DNA of 26,568 nucleotides from a virus (lineage: Duplodnaviria > Caudoviricetes), in IMG/VR virus record IMGVR_UViG_3300028857_000025, positions 1 to 26,568 of that record; one strand, written 5' to 3'. The notes under the pieces were generated by a model that saw only the letters and a list, made by a program, of their open reading frames with translations, was not told the origin of the DNA and did no database searches. Numbering within the stretch: position 1 is the stretch's first letter; each line of letters begins with the position of its first letter. This document shows, piece by piece, positions 1-7,636 of this stretch. Made by a program: the position numbers and the translations under genes.

Positions 1-975
1 GGTAAGAGTTCTATTCTCAAGGAGCTGGCCAAGCTCCACCCCAACCATGTCGCCGCTTATGTGGACATATCAACCAAAGATACCGGTGATTTGCTTATCC
101 CCCGCATCACGACCATTGATGGCACACCCGTGTCCGAGTTCGTGCCCAACTCTGAATGGGGCTTGCAACATGGCAAGCCACTGATAGTCATGCTGGATGA
201 GTTGGGTAAGGCGTCGAAATCTGTCATGAACTCGTGCCTTAGGGTGATGTTGGAGCGCAAGATAGGCACACATGCTTTGCCTGAGGGCTCTATCGTCTTC
301 GCGACGACCAACCTGACCGCAGAAGGGCTGGGGGATAACATGCCAGCGCATGCTCGAAATCGTATCGTAACCGTACGAATGGCTAAACCAAGCCCGATGG
401 ACTGGCGCATGAATTTTGCGGAGCATAACGGTGTTCACCCCGTTGCCATTGCAACGGTTTTAGAATTTCCGGAGATGTTCGCGAGTTTCCAGGACTATGA
501 AAAACCCGAACAGAACTCGTATATTTATGACCCTCGCAGCCCACGCAGAGCATTCGTGACGCCACGAAGTCTGGAGCGTGCCAGTGATATTCTCCATGCC
601 TGCTCAGCACTGAACGAAGATGTGCTGGTACACCTGCTACAAGGTGCAGTTGGCGAAAGAGCAGCTCAAGACATACTTATGATTTTAAAACTTGATAATA
701 GCCTACCCACCTTCGCCTCCATCGCCGCCAGTCCCGAGACAGCCAAAATAAGTAAATCCGGGGCGTCCCTCTGTCTCATTGTCAGCAAGCTCATCGGTAA
801 CTGCACCAAAGAGAACATGGACAATGTATTGATTTACCTGGACCGGCTACCCCGCGAGGCGATTGCTTTGTTTATGCGGGGCATCATGAGTTCCAATAGC
901 CCGAAGCGACCCATCGCGGTCACCAATCGGAAATTTACCGAGCTGGCCGTTCGTTTAGGTTTTCTCTTCTCTTAA
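1..975 (+). CDS. MoxR-like/AAA_5 ATPase (5'-truncated by window edge)
   Basis: The frame is open from base 1 (GKSSILKEL = end of Walker A). Walker B VMLDE, sensor-like FATTN and an arginine-finger region (NRIV) follow. Adjacent to a VWA-like gene, the typical phage pairing. Confidence 0.85.
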   Translation, partial: GKSSILKELAKLHPNHVAAYVDISTKDTGDLLIPRITTIDGTPVSEFVPNSEWGLQHGKPLIVMLDELGKASKSVMNSCLRVMLERKIGTHALPEGSIVFATTNLTAEGLGDNMPAHARNRIVTVRMAKPSPMDWRMNFAEHNGVHPVAIATVLEFPEMFASFQDYEKPEQNSYIYDPRSPRRAFVTPRSLERASDILHACSALNEDVLVHLLQGAVGERAAQDILMILKLDNSLPTFASIAASPETAKISKSGASLCLIVSKLIGNCTKENMDNVLIYLDRLPREAIALFMRGIMSSNSPKRPIAVTNRKFTELAVRLGFLFS

Positions 976-985
976 TACCTTATAG

Positions 986-1012
986 CCAAGGTTATAACGG
1001 TTATAACCTTGG
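986..1012. promoter_or_regulatory. Perfect 13-bp inverted repeat, possible operator or RNA hairpin
   Basis: CCAAGGTTATAAC-G-GTTATAACCTTGG, immediately before the AGGAG Shine-Dalgarno at 1014-1018. Confidence 0.55.
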
Positions 1013-1025
1013 TAGGAGACATAAC

Positions 1026-1193
1026 ATGATAATTACAATGAAAGAAGAGGACCTGCGCGCTATCCTCGAAACATTTAAGCTTACGCCGCAAGAGATTGAC
1101 CGTATGCTTGATGATATCAGGCTCCCGGAAGGGCACACTTTAACAGCGGATGACTTTGAAACCGTTGAAGATTTTGGGAGAACAACGCCATGA
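1026..1193 (+). CDS. Hypothetical 55-aa acidic protein (not in ORF track)
   Basis: AGGAG SD, ATG 1026, MIITMKEEDLRAILETF...; the TGA overlaps the next ATG (ATGA coupling at 1190-1193). Confidence 0.7.
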   Translation: MIITMKEEDLRAILETFKLTPQEIDRMLDDIRLPEGHTLTADDFETVEDFGRTTP

Positions 1194-2353
1194 GCTTATC
1201 AACAGCAGACAGAATAACTAAGCAACATATTTGGCTGATGGGGCACAAACCCACTATGCATTACTCAGGTATTGTTATGGTGGGCGACGTGGACATATCG
1301 GATGCGCTGCCCACGGCGGGCACCAATGGTCGTGATGTAACTTATAATCCACAGTTCGTGGACTCTCTCACCGAGCAGCAACTGCGGGGCTTGGTGCTGC
1401 ACGAGGCAGGGCACAAAGCTTACCAACATCTCTTTTTATGGCAAGAGCTGTACAAAGAGGATGCCAAGCTGGCGAACATGGCTTGTGATTATGTTATAAA
1501 TCTTGAAATCTATGACCTTGACCCACGCGGGGTTGAGATAGCTCTGCCCCCTAACCCCTGCCTGGACGAGAAGTATCGGGGCATGGACACGAAACAGGTG
1601 TTTGAATTACTCAAGCAAGACAAAGCCAATGGGGGCCAAGGCGGCAAGGGCGAGCCGATGGACGACCATCAATGGGAAGACGCCCAAGCCTTGCCTGAAG
1701 AAGAGCGCCAAGCCTTGGCCAAGGAGATTGACAATGCCATACGCCAAGGCGTTTTTATGAGCGGAAAGCTCGGTGGCGATGTCTCCCGTGGCTTCAATGC
1801 CTTGCTGGAGCCTAAGGTCGACTGGCGCGACCAGCTCCGGGACTATGTAAGTACCGTAACAGCCGGTCGTGGGGACAGCACTTGGGCACGCCCTAACCGC
1901 CGTTTTATGGCCATGGACTTGTATTTACCCAGCCAAATCAGTGAGTCTATTGGCAATATCGTCGTGGGTATCGACACGAGCGGCTCGATATCGGGCGAAG
2001 CCATCACTGCGGCGCTGTCTGAATTAGTTGGCATCTGTAATAACACCACGCCCGAACGAGTTGACCTTTTATATTGGGACACTCGCGTCGTTTCACATGA
2101 AACCTATTTCGAGGGCGACTATGAGAGCATTGCAACGTCCACGAAACCTGCGGGTGGCGGCGGTTCGAGCTGCGTCGAAGTGTTCGAGTATATCAAAGAC
2201 AACAAGCTCGACCCGTTAGTGTGTATCCACATTACTGATGGCTTCATTGAGTACCCGCAACTACCCCCCAACTATCCGGTGCTGTGGGTGATATGCAACG
2301 GTAGTGACCACCACCAACCGCCGTTCGGGAGCTTTATCAGGGTGAAGCTGTGA
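1190..2353 (+). CDS. DUF2201-like putative metallopeptidase with C-terminal VWA-like domain
   Basis: TAGTNGR, LHEAGH (HExxH), NMACDYVIN, WxRPNRR, MIDAS-like IDTSGS, GGGGS and ITDG motifs. Confidence 0.85.
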   Translation: MSLSTADRITKQHIWLMGHKPTMHYSGIVMVGDVDISDALPTAGTNGRDVTYNPQFVDSLTEQQLRGLVLHEAGHKAYQHLFLWQELYKEDAKLANMACDYVINLEIYDLDPRGVEIALPPNPCLDEKYRGMDTKQVFELLKQDKANGGQGGKGEPMDDHQWEDAQALPEEERQALAKEIDNAIRQGVFMSGKLGGDVSRGFNALLEPKVDWRDQLRDYVSTVTAGRGDSTWARPNRRFMAMDLYLPSQISESIGNIVVGIDTSGSISGEAITAALSELVGICNNTTPERVDLLYWDTRVVSHETYFEGDYESIATSTKPAGGGGSSCVEVFEYIKDNKLDPLVCIHITDGFIEYPQLPPNYPVLWVICNGSDHHQPPFGSFIRVKL

Positions 2354-2387
2354 AGGCTTCATCCCCCACTACGTGGGAGACTCAGTC

Positions 2388-2651
2388 ATGAAACACCTGG
2401 CCGTGATTTATAATCCTACTATGTATACTTGGTCGATGCTGTATTGCTCCCCGCATTACCCCATCGCCAATTCCTTAAGCACAGTAACGGTCAATGCCTA
2501 TAGTTTACCTGAGCTGGTCGCTGAGAAGGTCGCCATGCTCAGGCTGGTTGCGATAGGCGACACCGTGCCGGACATTGGAAAACGGGTGGACGAGCACAAG
2601 TTCGCCGTCCATCTTCCTGACGATTATGGGATAAAAGGGTTGGAGCTATGA
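2388..2651 (+). CDS. Hypothetical protein, paralog 1 of tandem triplet
   Basis: GGGAG SD upstream of ATG 2388; shares the AML(R/K)...(D/E)xVxx(I/V)G motif with the next two ORFs. Confidence 0.7.
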   Translation: MKHLAVIYNPTMYTWSMLYCSPHYPIANSLSTVTVNAYSLPELVAEKVAMLRLVAIGDTVPDIGKRVDEHKFAVHLPDDYGIKGLEL

Positions 2652-2908
2652 AAAAAGTTTATGTATCACAAGAGTTTGAACCTTTGACGGGTACCCCTTT
2701 CCGTAGGGTACAAGTAAGGTCGCCTACTGTATCAGGCTCAGTAGAAATATCTGTCGATGAACTGTCGTCGGAAATCACTGACCGTATCGCAATGCTTCGT
2801 ATAGCGCCCGAGGAGGATGAGGTCATCGGAGTCGGCAGGAATCTGGGCGGTGACTTGTACTTCCTCTACTTCCCCGATGACTTCGACTTGACGAGGTTGC
2901 GGCCATGA
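2648..2908 (+). CDS. Hypothetical protein, paralog 2 of tandem triplet
   Basis: ATGA overlap with the previous ORF; contains RIAMLRIAPEEDEVIGVG. Confidence 0.7.
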   Translation: MKKVYVSQEFEPLTGTPFRRVQVRSPTVSGSVEISVDELSSEITDRIAMLRIAPEEDEVIGVGRNLGGDLYFLYFPDDFDLTRLRP

Positions 2909-3165
2909 CACTGCGTATCCACGTCAATTCCAAGGGAGATATCTACAGCTACACACGGCTTGACCTTATCTCCCTTGCGCTGGATGACCCGCTTACACCG
3001 TTGGTGATGGGTAATCTAGCGATGTTAAAATTAGCCGAGGTCGGTGATACGGTGGCCGATATTGGTGTTAAACTAACGCCATCTGTGTTCATTTGCTGCG
3101 AACTCTCACCCGGCCATAATCCTACCATTGAGGATATTTTGATTTTTATTAAGGCCCTTTCATGA
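2905..3165 (+). CDS. Hypothetical protein, paralog 3 of tandem triplet
   Basis: ATGA overlap; contains NLAMLKLAEVGDTVADIG. Confidence 0.7.
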   Translation: MTLRIHVNSKGDIYSYTRLDLISLALDDPLTPLVMGNLAMLKLAEVGDTVADIGVKLTPSVFICCELSPGHNPTIEDILIFIKALS

Positions 3166-3359
3166 AACCACTTAATTCTGATTTCACCCGCTGCTACGGT
3201 GACGGATGCCCTGAGAAGGCCAGCTGCCTGCGCTTTATGACGATGAAAATTGACCCGCCTAACACAGTTTTTTCGTATGCACTGTCCCTCAGGCGGCACC
3301 CTAACGAGACCTGCGAGAGTAAATTAGATGGCGACGTATCGGATATCCACCCCTTGTGA
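3162..3359 (+). CDS. Small Cys-rich phage protein
   Basis: ATGA overlap; DFTRCYGDGCPEKASCLRF plus a distal Cys, a pattern consistent with metal binding. Confidence 0.65.
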   Translation: MKPLNSDFTRCYGDGCPEKASCLRFMTMKIDPPNTVFSYALSLRRHPNETCESKLDGDVSDIHPL

Positions 3360-3558
3360 GTCCCTATTCTGCCACTTCGACGAAGCCCGGGGCATCTGCC
3401 TCGGCTGCTTCAGAACCCGCTATGACTTACGGCATTGGACGGGATATAACGATATTTTAAGGCAGAAAGTAATGATGCGTTCTTTTGAGCGCATGGATGA
3501 TTTCTTTATTGTAAATGAGCAGTTCTTTAATCGAAACCTTGACCATTACGACGGGTGA
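3328..3558 (+). CDS. DUF1289-like small Cys-cluster protein
   Basis: TPC...C..DEARGICLGCFRT..DL..W matches the DUF1289 pattern (SPCxxxC...GxCxGCxRT...W). Confidence 0.65.
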   Translation: MATYRISTPCESLFCHFDEARGICLGCFRTRYDLRHWTGYNDILRQKVMMRSFERMDDFFIVNEQFFNRNLDHYDG

Positions 3559-3567
3559 GGGTATTAT
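3539..3567 (+). promoter_or_regulatory. Putative sigma70 promoter upstream of pentamer array 1
   Basis: TTGACC (3539-3544), 17-nt spacer, TATTAT (3562-3567). Confidence 0.55.
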
Positions 3568-3575
3568 ATGAACCC

Positions 3576-3685
3576 TAAGCGCTGCCTTGCCCTGCTTAGC
3601 CTAGCTTAGCGATGCGCTGCAAAGCAAAGACTAATTAATTAGTGGTCTACACTCTCTGACGAGAGTGTTTTCCAGTAACTAATTA
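3576..3685 (+). repeat. Pentamer array 1: (NNWGC)x10 + AAAGA + hairpin H1
   Basis: TAAGC GCTGC CTTGC CCTGC TTAGC CTAGC TTAGC GATGC GCTGC AAAGC (3576-3625). Hairpin ACACTCTC-TGAC-GAGAGTGT (3649-3668) lies inside an outer stem TAATTAGT/ACTAATTA (3636-3685). Confidence 0.9.
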
Positions 3686-3696
3686 TAAGGTGTCTT

Positions 3697-4005
3697 ATGT
3701 CCTATTTAACGCCCGAAGGGCGAATCAAAAAGCAAATCAAAGCTATACTGGCTGAGTATGGGGTATATTATTTCATGCCAGCGCCCGGGTTTACTTGTAA
3801 AGTAGGCGTTCCAGACTATATATGCTGCCTTAATGGGCATTTCATAGCCATCGAAGCCAAGGCCGGGCGCAAGCTGCCGACGCTGCTGCAACAACGTGAA
3901 CTTGACTTAATCAACGCCGCAGGCGGCGTGGCTTTGGTGGTTAACGCCGACAACATACACGCTTTTCCCCTCATACTACAAGAGATAATGAAATGCAACT
4001 ACTAA
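3697..4005 (+). CDS. VRR-NUC domain nuclease
   Basis: TPEG.IK, GVPDYI, FIAIEAKAG, PTLLQ, INAAGG motifs of phage VRR-NUC proteins. Confidence 0.85.
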   Translation: MSYLTPEGRIKKQIKAILAEYGVYYFMPAPGFTCKVGVPDYICCLNGHFIAIEAKAGRKLPTLLQQRELDLINAAGGVALVVNADNIHAFPLILQEIMKCNY

Positions 4006-6791
4006 CTCTGGACGCAGAAACTTTTTATGCAAAAGATTATTCCCTAAGTAAGCTGACGACCGAGCAATATATAACAGATGACCGCTTCGAGGTTATCGGT
4101 GTATCCACCAAGATTAACAACGAGCCCGCACAATGGTTCTCCGGAACATTTGATGAGACGAAAGCATACCTAAACCAATTTGATTGGGATGATATTGCAT
4201 TAGTAAACCACAATAGTCTATTCGACTCAAGCATCCTTGGCCTGCGCTTCGGTATCCACCCTAAGAAGCTCATCGACACGCTAAGTATGTCAAGAGCAAT
4301 CCATGGCATCGAGGTCGGGGGCAGTCTGGCCAAGCTGGCTGAGCATTACCAGCTGGGTGTCAAGGGCACTGAGGTCATCAATGCCTTGGGTAAACGTAAA
4401 CAAGACTTTACTACTGAAGAACTAGCGCGCTATGGTGAGTACTGCAAGAACGACACCGAGCTAACGTACAAATTGTTTTACAAACTACTGCCGCACTTTA
4501 CTAAATCTGAATTAGACATTATTGATATCACCCTGAAGATGGCCACACGACCGTTGTTGGAATTGGATAAAGCCGTGCTGACCGCACACCTTGCCGACGT
4601 GCAAGCTAAAAAACAAGCGCTCATGGACAAGGTCATTGTCTCTCGAAAAGAGCTGATGTCCAACGTCAAATTGGCGCAACTGCTGATAGACTGTGGCGTG
4701 GAGCCGCCAATGAAGCTGTCGCCGACTACCGGTAAGCCGGCCTATGCGTTCGCTAAAACAGACGAGGGCTTCAAAGCATTACTTGACTCTGATAACCTTA
4801 TGGTACAAACTATTGTTGCTGCTCGGTTGGGTGTTAAATCAACGCTTGAAGAAACGCGATGTGAAAGGGTTATTGGCATTGCAGAAAGGAACAGGTGTTG
4901 TCCTTTCCCGCTGAAGTATTACAGTGCCGCGACAGGGCGCTGGGCGGGGGCAGATAAAATCAATGTCCAGAATTTCCCGCGTAAGTCGCCGTTAAAGCGA
5001 GCGTTCAAGGCCCCCGAGGGTTATGTTATTCTGGGCGCGGACTTAAAACAAATCGAACTGCGCGTGGGCCTCTGGCTGTCGTCGGAGTGGGAGAAACTGG
5101 ATATCCTGGCAGGCGGGCTGGACTTGTATAAAGTCTTCGCCTCAGAGGTACTGGGTGTTGCCTATGATGAGGTCACAGAAGACCAGCGCTTTATTGCCAA
5201 GACCTCCTGTATCGCAGAAGGACAGCTTGTCCTTACCCCAAGGGGTTTAGTGCCTATAGAAAACATTTTGGTAGACGATAGAGTATGGGATGGGGTAGAA
5301 TGGGTCTCACATGATGGGGTCATTTACCAAGGGGAGAGAGATGTCATCACATACCAAGGACTTACAGCCACTACCGACCATATTATATTTACGCAAACTG
5401 GTGAGACCCGCCAGTTCGGGGATGCCGCCAATTTATCAGCGCGTCTCGCTACTACCGGAGATGATAGGCGCCCGCTTAAATTCATGGGAGATAATCAGTA
5501 CCGAGATACAACAAACAGTGAAATCGGGGAGCATAAAGATACATGTGCGCTGCGTTTGTGGCAGAGAGCAGTGGGCGTATGTAGAGGCCATTATCAGAGG
5601 GCAGTCCAGACGATGCAAGCCTTGTGCAACACGAACTCGGCACCAAAGGCAAGGTCATCTGATTGTCTGGGACAAGGTTACGGAGCTTATACAAAAACGG
5701 GCAACAGCTATGCAACAAAGATGCTGCAATCCTATGGACAAAGGCTACGCCAATTACGGAGGACGAGGGATTCAGTTTTTGTTTGGCTCAACGAAAGAGT
5801 GTGTAGAGTATATCAAAACGTTGCCTCTCTGGGATTCCGGGTTGGAGGTGGACCGAATCGACAACAATGGACACTATGCAGTAGGGAACTTGCGTATGGT
5901 GTCCCGCAAGGTACAGACCAGCAATCGTCGAAATACGATGTGGATTTCGTGGCGAGAGGAAATGCTTCTGGTAGCGGACTGGGCAGAATCCCCTTACGCA
6001 CTGAGAGTAACCTGCAAGTATGTTCAGCAGGGTTTAACGGGGGAACAAATTATCCAGACCGCATGGGACTCAGTGGCGAAGAAATGCAAGAATTGGCGGG
6101 GGATAAAAAGAAAGTTAGAGTCTATGACATATTAAACGCCGGCCCTAGGCATCGCTTCACGGTGTCTAACGTGTTAGTCCATAACTGTCTGTCATTGGTT
6201 TTTGGGGTGGGCGCGGCGAAGCTGCAAGCGGCTATTCTCTCGGGTATAGGTTTGGATGTGGGCATCGTCGAAAGTAAACGGATAGTGGAATTTTACCGAG
6301 ACAACCACCCCGGTGTGAGAGCAGCATGGTCGGCGTGTGGTAACGCTATTAAGTTATTAACCACAGGCGGTGAGGGGATGATACTAACCGATAATTTAAT
6401 CAAGGTCGAAGGGCGCAAGGGTATCCGGCTACCGTCAGGACTGTATTTAAAATACCCTGAGCTACAGTATTCTGAAGATGCGCAGACCCGGAAGCGGGAA
6501 TATAAATACAAAATTAGAAGCAGTTGGGATAGATTGTACAGCGGTAAGTGTTTTAACAATATTACTCAGGCAACTGCACGCTGTATCTTTGCTGAGGCGC
6601 TACCCAAAATCAATAAGCATTACCCTATTGTATTATTGATTCACGACGCCGCCTATGTCCTGGTGCCGGAGGGGGGTGTAGAGGAGGCGAAGCAGATTTT
6701 AGAAGAAATCATGTGCCAGCCGCCGGACTGGATGCCGGATATTCCCTTGGAGGTTGAGTTTCATTATGGCCGAACTCTTTTCGATTGTTAG
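3993..6791 (+). CDS. polA: Family A DNA polymerase with 3'-5' exonuclease domain, intein-containing precursor (932 aa; ~606 aa after splicing)
   Basis: Exo motifs LDAET, HNSLFD, YCKND; TGRW; motif A DLKQIELR; motif B RFIAKTS/CLSLVFG split by the intein; motif C IHDA. Confidence 0.93.
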   Translation: MQLLTLDAETFYAKDYSLSKLTTEQYITDDRFEVIGVSTKINNEPAQWFSGTFDETKAYLNQFDWDDIALVNHNSLFDSSILGLRFGIHPKKLIDTLSMSRAIHGIEVGGSLAKLAEHYQLGVKGTEVINALGKRKQDFTTEELARYGEYCKNDTELTYKLFYKLLPHFTKSELDIIDITLKMATRPLLELDKAVLTAHLADVQAKKQALMDKVIVSRKELMSNVKLAQLLIDCGVEPPMKLSPTTGKPAYAFAKTDEGFKALLDSDNLMVQTIVAARLGVKSTLEETRCERVIGIAERNRCCPFPLKYYSAATGRWAGADKINVQNFPRKSPLKRAFKAPEGYVILGADLKQIELRVGLWLSSEWEKLDILAGGLDLYKVFASEVLGVAYDEVTEDQRFIAKTSCIAEGQLVLTPRGLVPIENILVDDRVWDGVEWVSHDGVIYQGERDVITYQGLTATTDHIIFTQTGETRQFGDAANLSARLATTGDDRRPLKFMGDNQYRDTTNSEIGEHKDTCALRLWQRAVGVCRGHYQRAVQTMQALCNTNSAPKARSSDCLGQGYGAYTKTGNSYATKMLQSYGQRLRQLRRTRDSVFVWLNERVCRVYQNVASLGFRVGGGPNRQQWTLCSRELAYGVPQGTDQQSSKYDVDFVARGNASGSGLGRIPLRTESNLQVCSAGFNGGTNYPDRMGLSGEEMQELAGDKKKVRVYDILNAGPRHRFTVSNVLVHNCLSLVFGVGAAKLQAAILSGIGLDVGIVESKRIVEFYRDNHPGVRAAWSACGNAIKLLTTGGEGMILTDNLIKVEGRKGIRLPSGLYLKYPELQYSEDAQTRKREYKYKIRSSWDRLYSGKCFNNITQATARCIFAEALPKINKHYPIVLLIHDAAYVLVPEGGVEEAKQILEEIMCQPPDWMPDIPLEVEFHYGRTLFDC
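5208..6185 (+). mobile_element. Intein (326 aa) in polymerase motif B
   Basis: Block A CIAEGQLVLTPRG, block B TATTDH, block F/G VYDILNAGPRHRFTVSNVLVHN, followed by Cys+1. Removal restores motif B. Confidence 0.93.
5311..6135 (+). CDS. HNH-type homing endonuclease in the +1 frame inside the polymerase intein (true start uncertain: 5311, 5341 or 5461)
   Basis: MIGARLNSWEII...RCVCG...CKPC N-terminal module; MQQRCCNP...YANYGGRGI; LEVDRIDNNGHYAVGNLRMVSRKVQTSNRRN, the typical phage HNH-family signature. Confidence 0.85.
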   Translation: MMGSFTKGREMSSHTKDLQPLPTILYLRKLVRPASSGMPPIYQRVSLLPEMIGARLNSWEIISTEIQQTVKSGSIKIHVRCVCGREQWAYVEAIIRGQSRRCKPCATRTRHQRQGHLIVWDKVTELIQKRATAMQQRCCNPMDKGYANYGGRGIQFLFGSTKECVEYIKTLPLWDSGLEVDRIDNNGHYAVGNLRMVSRKVQTSNRRNTMWISWREEMLLVADWAESPYALRVTCKYVQQGLTGEQIIQTAWDSVAKKCKNWRGIKRKLESMTY

Positions 6792-6910
6792 GCAGTGTCT
6801 GTATTGTTGGCTACACGGCTTTGGCATGAAAACTGGAGCGGAGATTTGGCTTAGACGCCAAGGCATCCGCGAAAATTCTAACTATCATTTAGGCTCACAG
6901 AGGCGACCAC

Positions 6911-7117
6911 GTGAATGAAATAGAGATTAGTTTTCACAGTATTGAGTTAAGTATTTTTTATAATATCGACCCCAAGATTGGCTTGAATATTTTGTATATC
7001 TACCATTTCGATGAGGAAATCTCCTGTTATCTTAATTTCTACGCGGTTTCGGAAATCAAACAGGCGATTTGGGAGCATCTCGATTCTCCTGATACTCTTT
7101 CAATAGCAAATCAATGA
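6911..7117 (+). CDS. Hypothetical AT-rich protein
   Basis: 68-aa ORF with GTG start preceded by GAGG; no recognisable motif. Confidence 0.45.
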   Translation: MNEIEISFHSIELSIFYNIDPKIGLNILYIYHFDEEISCYLNFYAVSEIKQAIWEHLDSPDTLSIANQ

Positions 7118-7219
7118 GTTGTGTTAGGGGGAGTCCCAAATCTAATGATAGCTGCTTAAGGTTTTTGTGTGTCTGAACCTTAACCAGCAGAGAAACATAT
7201 TTTTTATTCATATATAAGG

Positions 7220-7247
7220 TTGCGTATTAAATTAGGGGGTGTATAAT
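7220..7247 (+). promoter_or_regulatory. Putative sigma70 promoter upstream of the triple pentamer-array locus
   Basis: TTGCGT (7220-7225), 16-nt spacer, TATAAT (7242-7247), with an AT-rich UP-like tract upstream. Confidence 0.55.
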
Positions 7248-7289
7248 ATTATATATGAAATTTATAGAGGGGGTTAATTTATGTGAGTC

Positions 7290-7614
7290 AAAGCTATGCA
7301 ATGCTTAGCCGTGCACTGCGATGCTGAGCGATGCCGTGCCTAGCTATGCTCTGCGGAGCAATGCAAAGCCTAATTAATTAGGGTACTGAGTCTTCTCACG
7401 AGGGCTTAGTGCGGTAATTAATTTACCAAAGCGCTGCTGTGCCTTGCTATGCGAAGCCATGCGGAGCAATGCAAAGGCTATTTTAATAATAGCGTACTAG
7501 CCATTCCAACGAGTGGTTAGTGCGGTATTGTACCACTGCGATGCAGTGCGATGCCTTGCAGTGCCAAGCTTAGCATAGCACAGCGAAGCAAAGGCCGTGC
7601 CTTTTAGGCACGGC
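7290..7614 (+). repeat. Composite locus: array 2 (x16) - hairpin H2 - array 3 (x9) - hairpin H3 - array 4 (x11) - GC hairpin
   Basis: NNWGC units at 7290-7369, 7428-7472 and 7535-7589. H2 GTACTGAGTCTTC-TCAC-GAGGGCTTAGTGC (7383-7412); H3 GTACTAGCCATTC-CAAC-GAGTGGTTAGTGC (7494-7523); terminal GCCGTGCCT-TTT-AGGCACGGC (7594-7614). Confidence 0.9.
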
Positions 7615-7636
7615 ACCCTATTTTTAGGAGAATCAA

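Noticed and set aside
3576-3625. Pentamer arrays as ordinary microsatellites
   Set aside because: Adjacent units mostly differ at the NN positions while WGC and the period are invariant, which slippage would not produce. Reported as a finding instead.
5311-6135. Nested endonuclease ORFs as simple sequencing frameshifts or pseudogenes
   Set aside because: Both host frames are fully open with intact splice junctions, and the same +1 arrangement occurs twice independently. Read-level confirmation is still advisable.
7290-7614. CRISPR array next to a Cas4-like gene
   Set aside because: The hairpin units are not identical direct repeats, the intervening tracts are patterned pentamers of unequal length rather than unique spacers, and no other cas genes are present.
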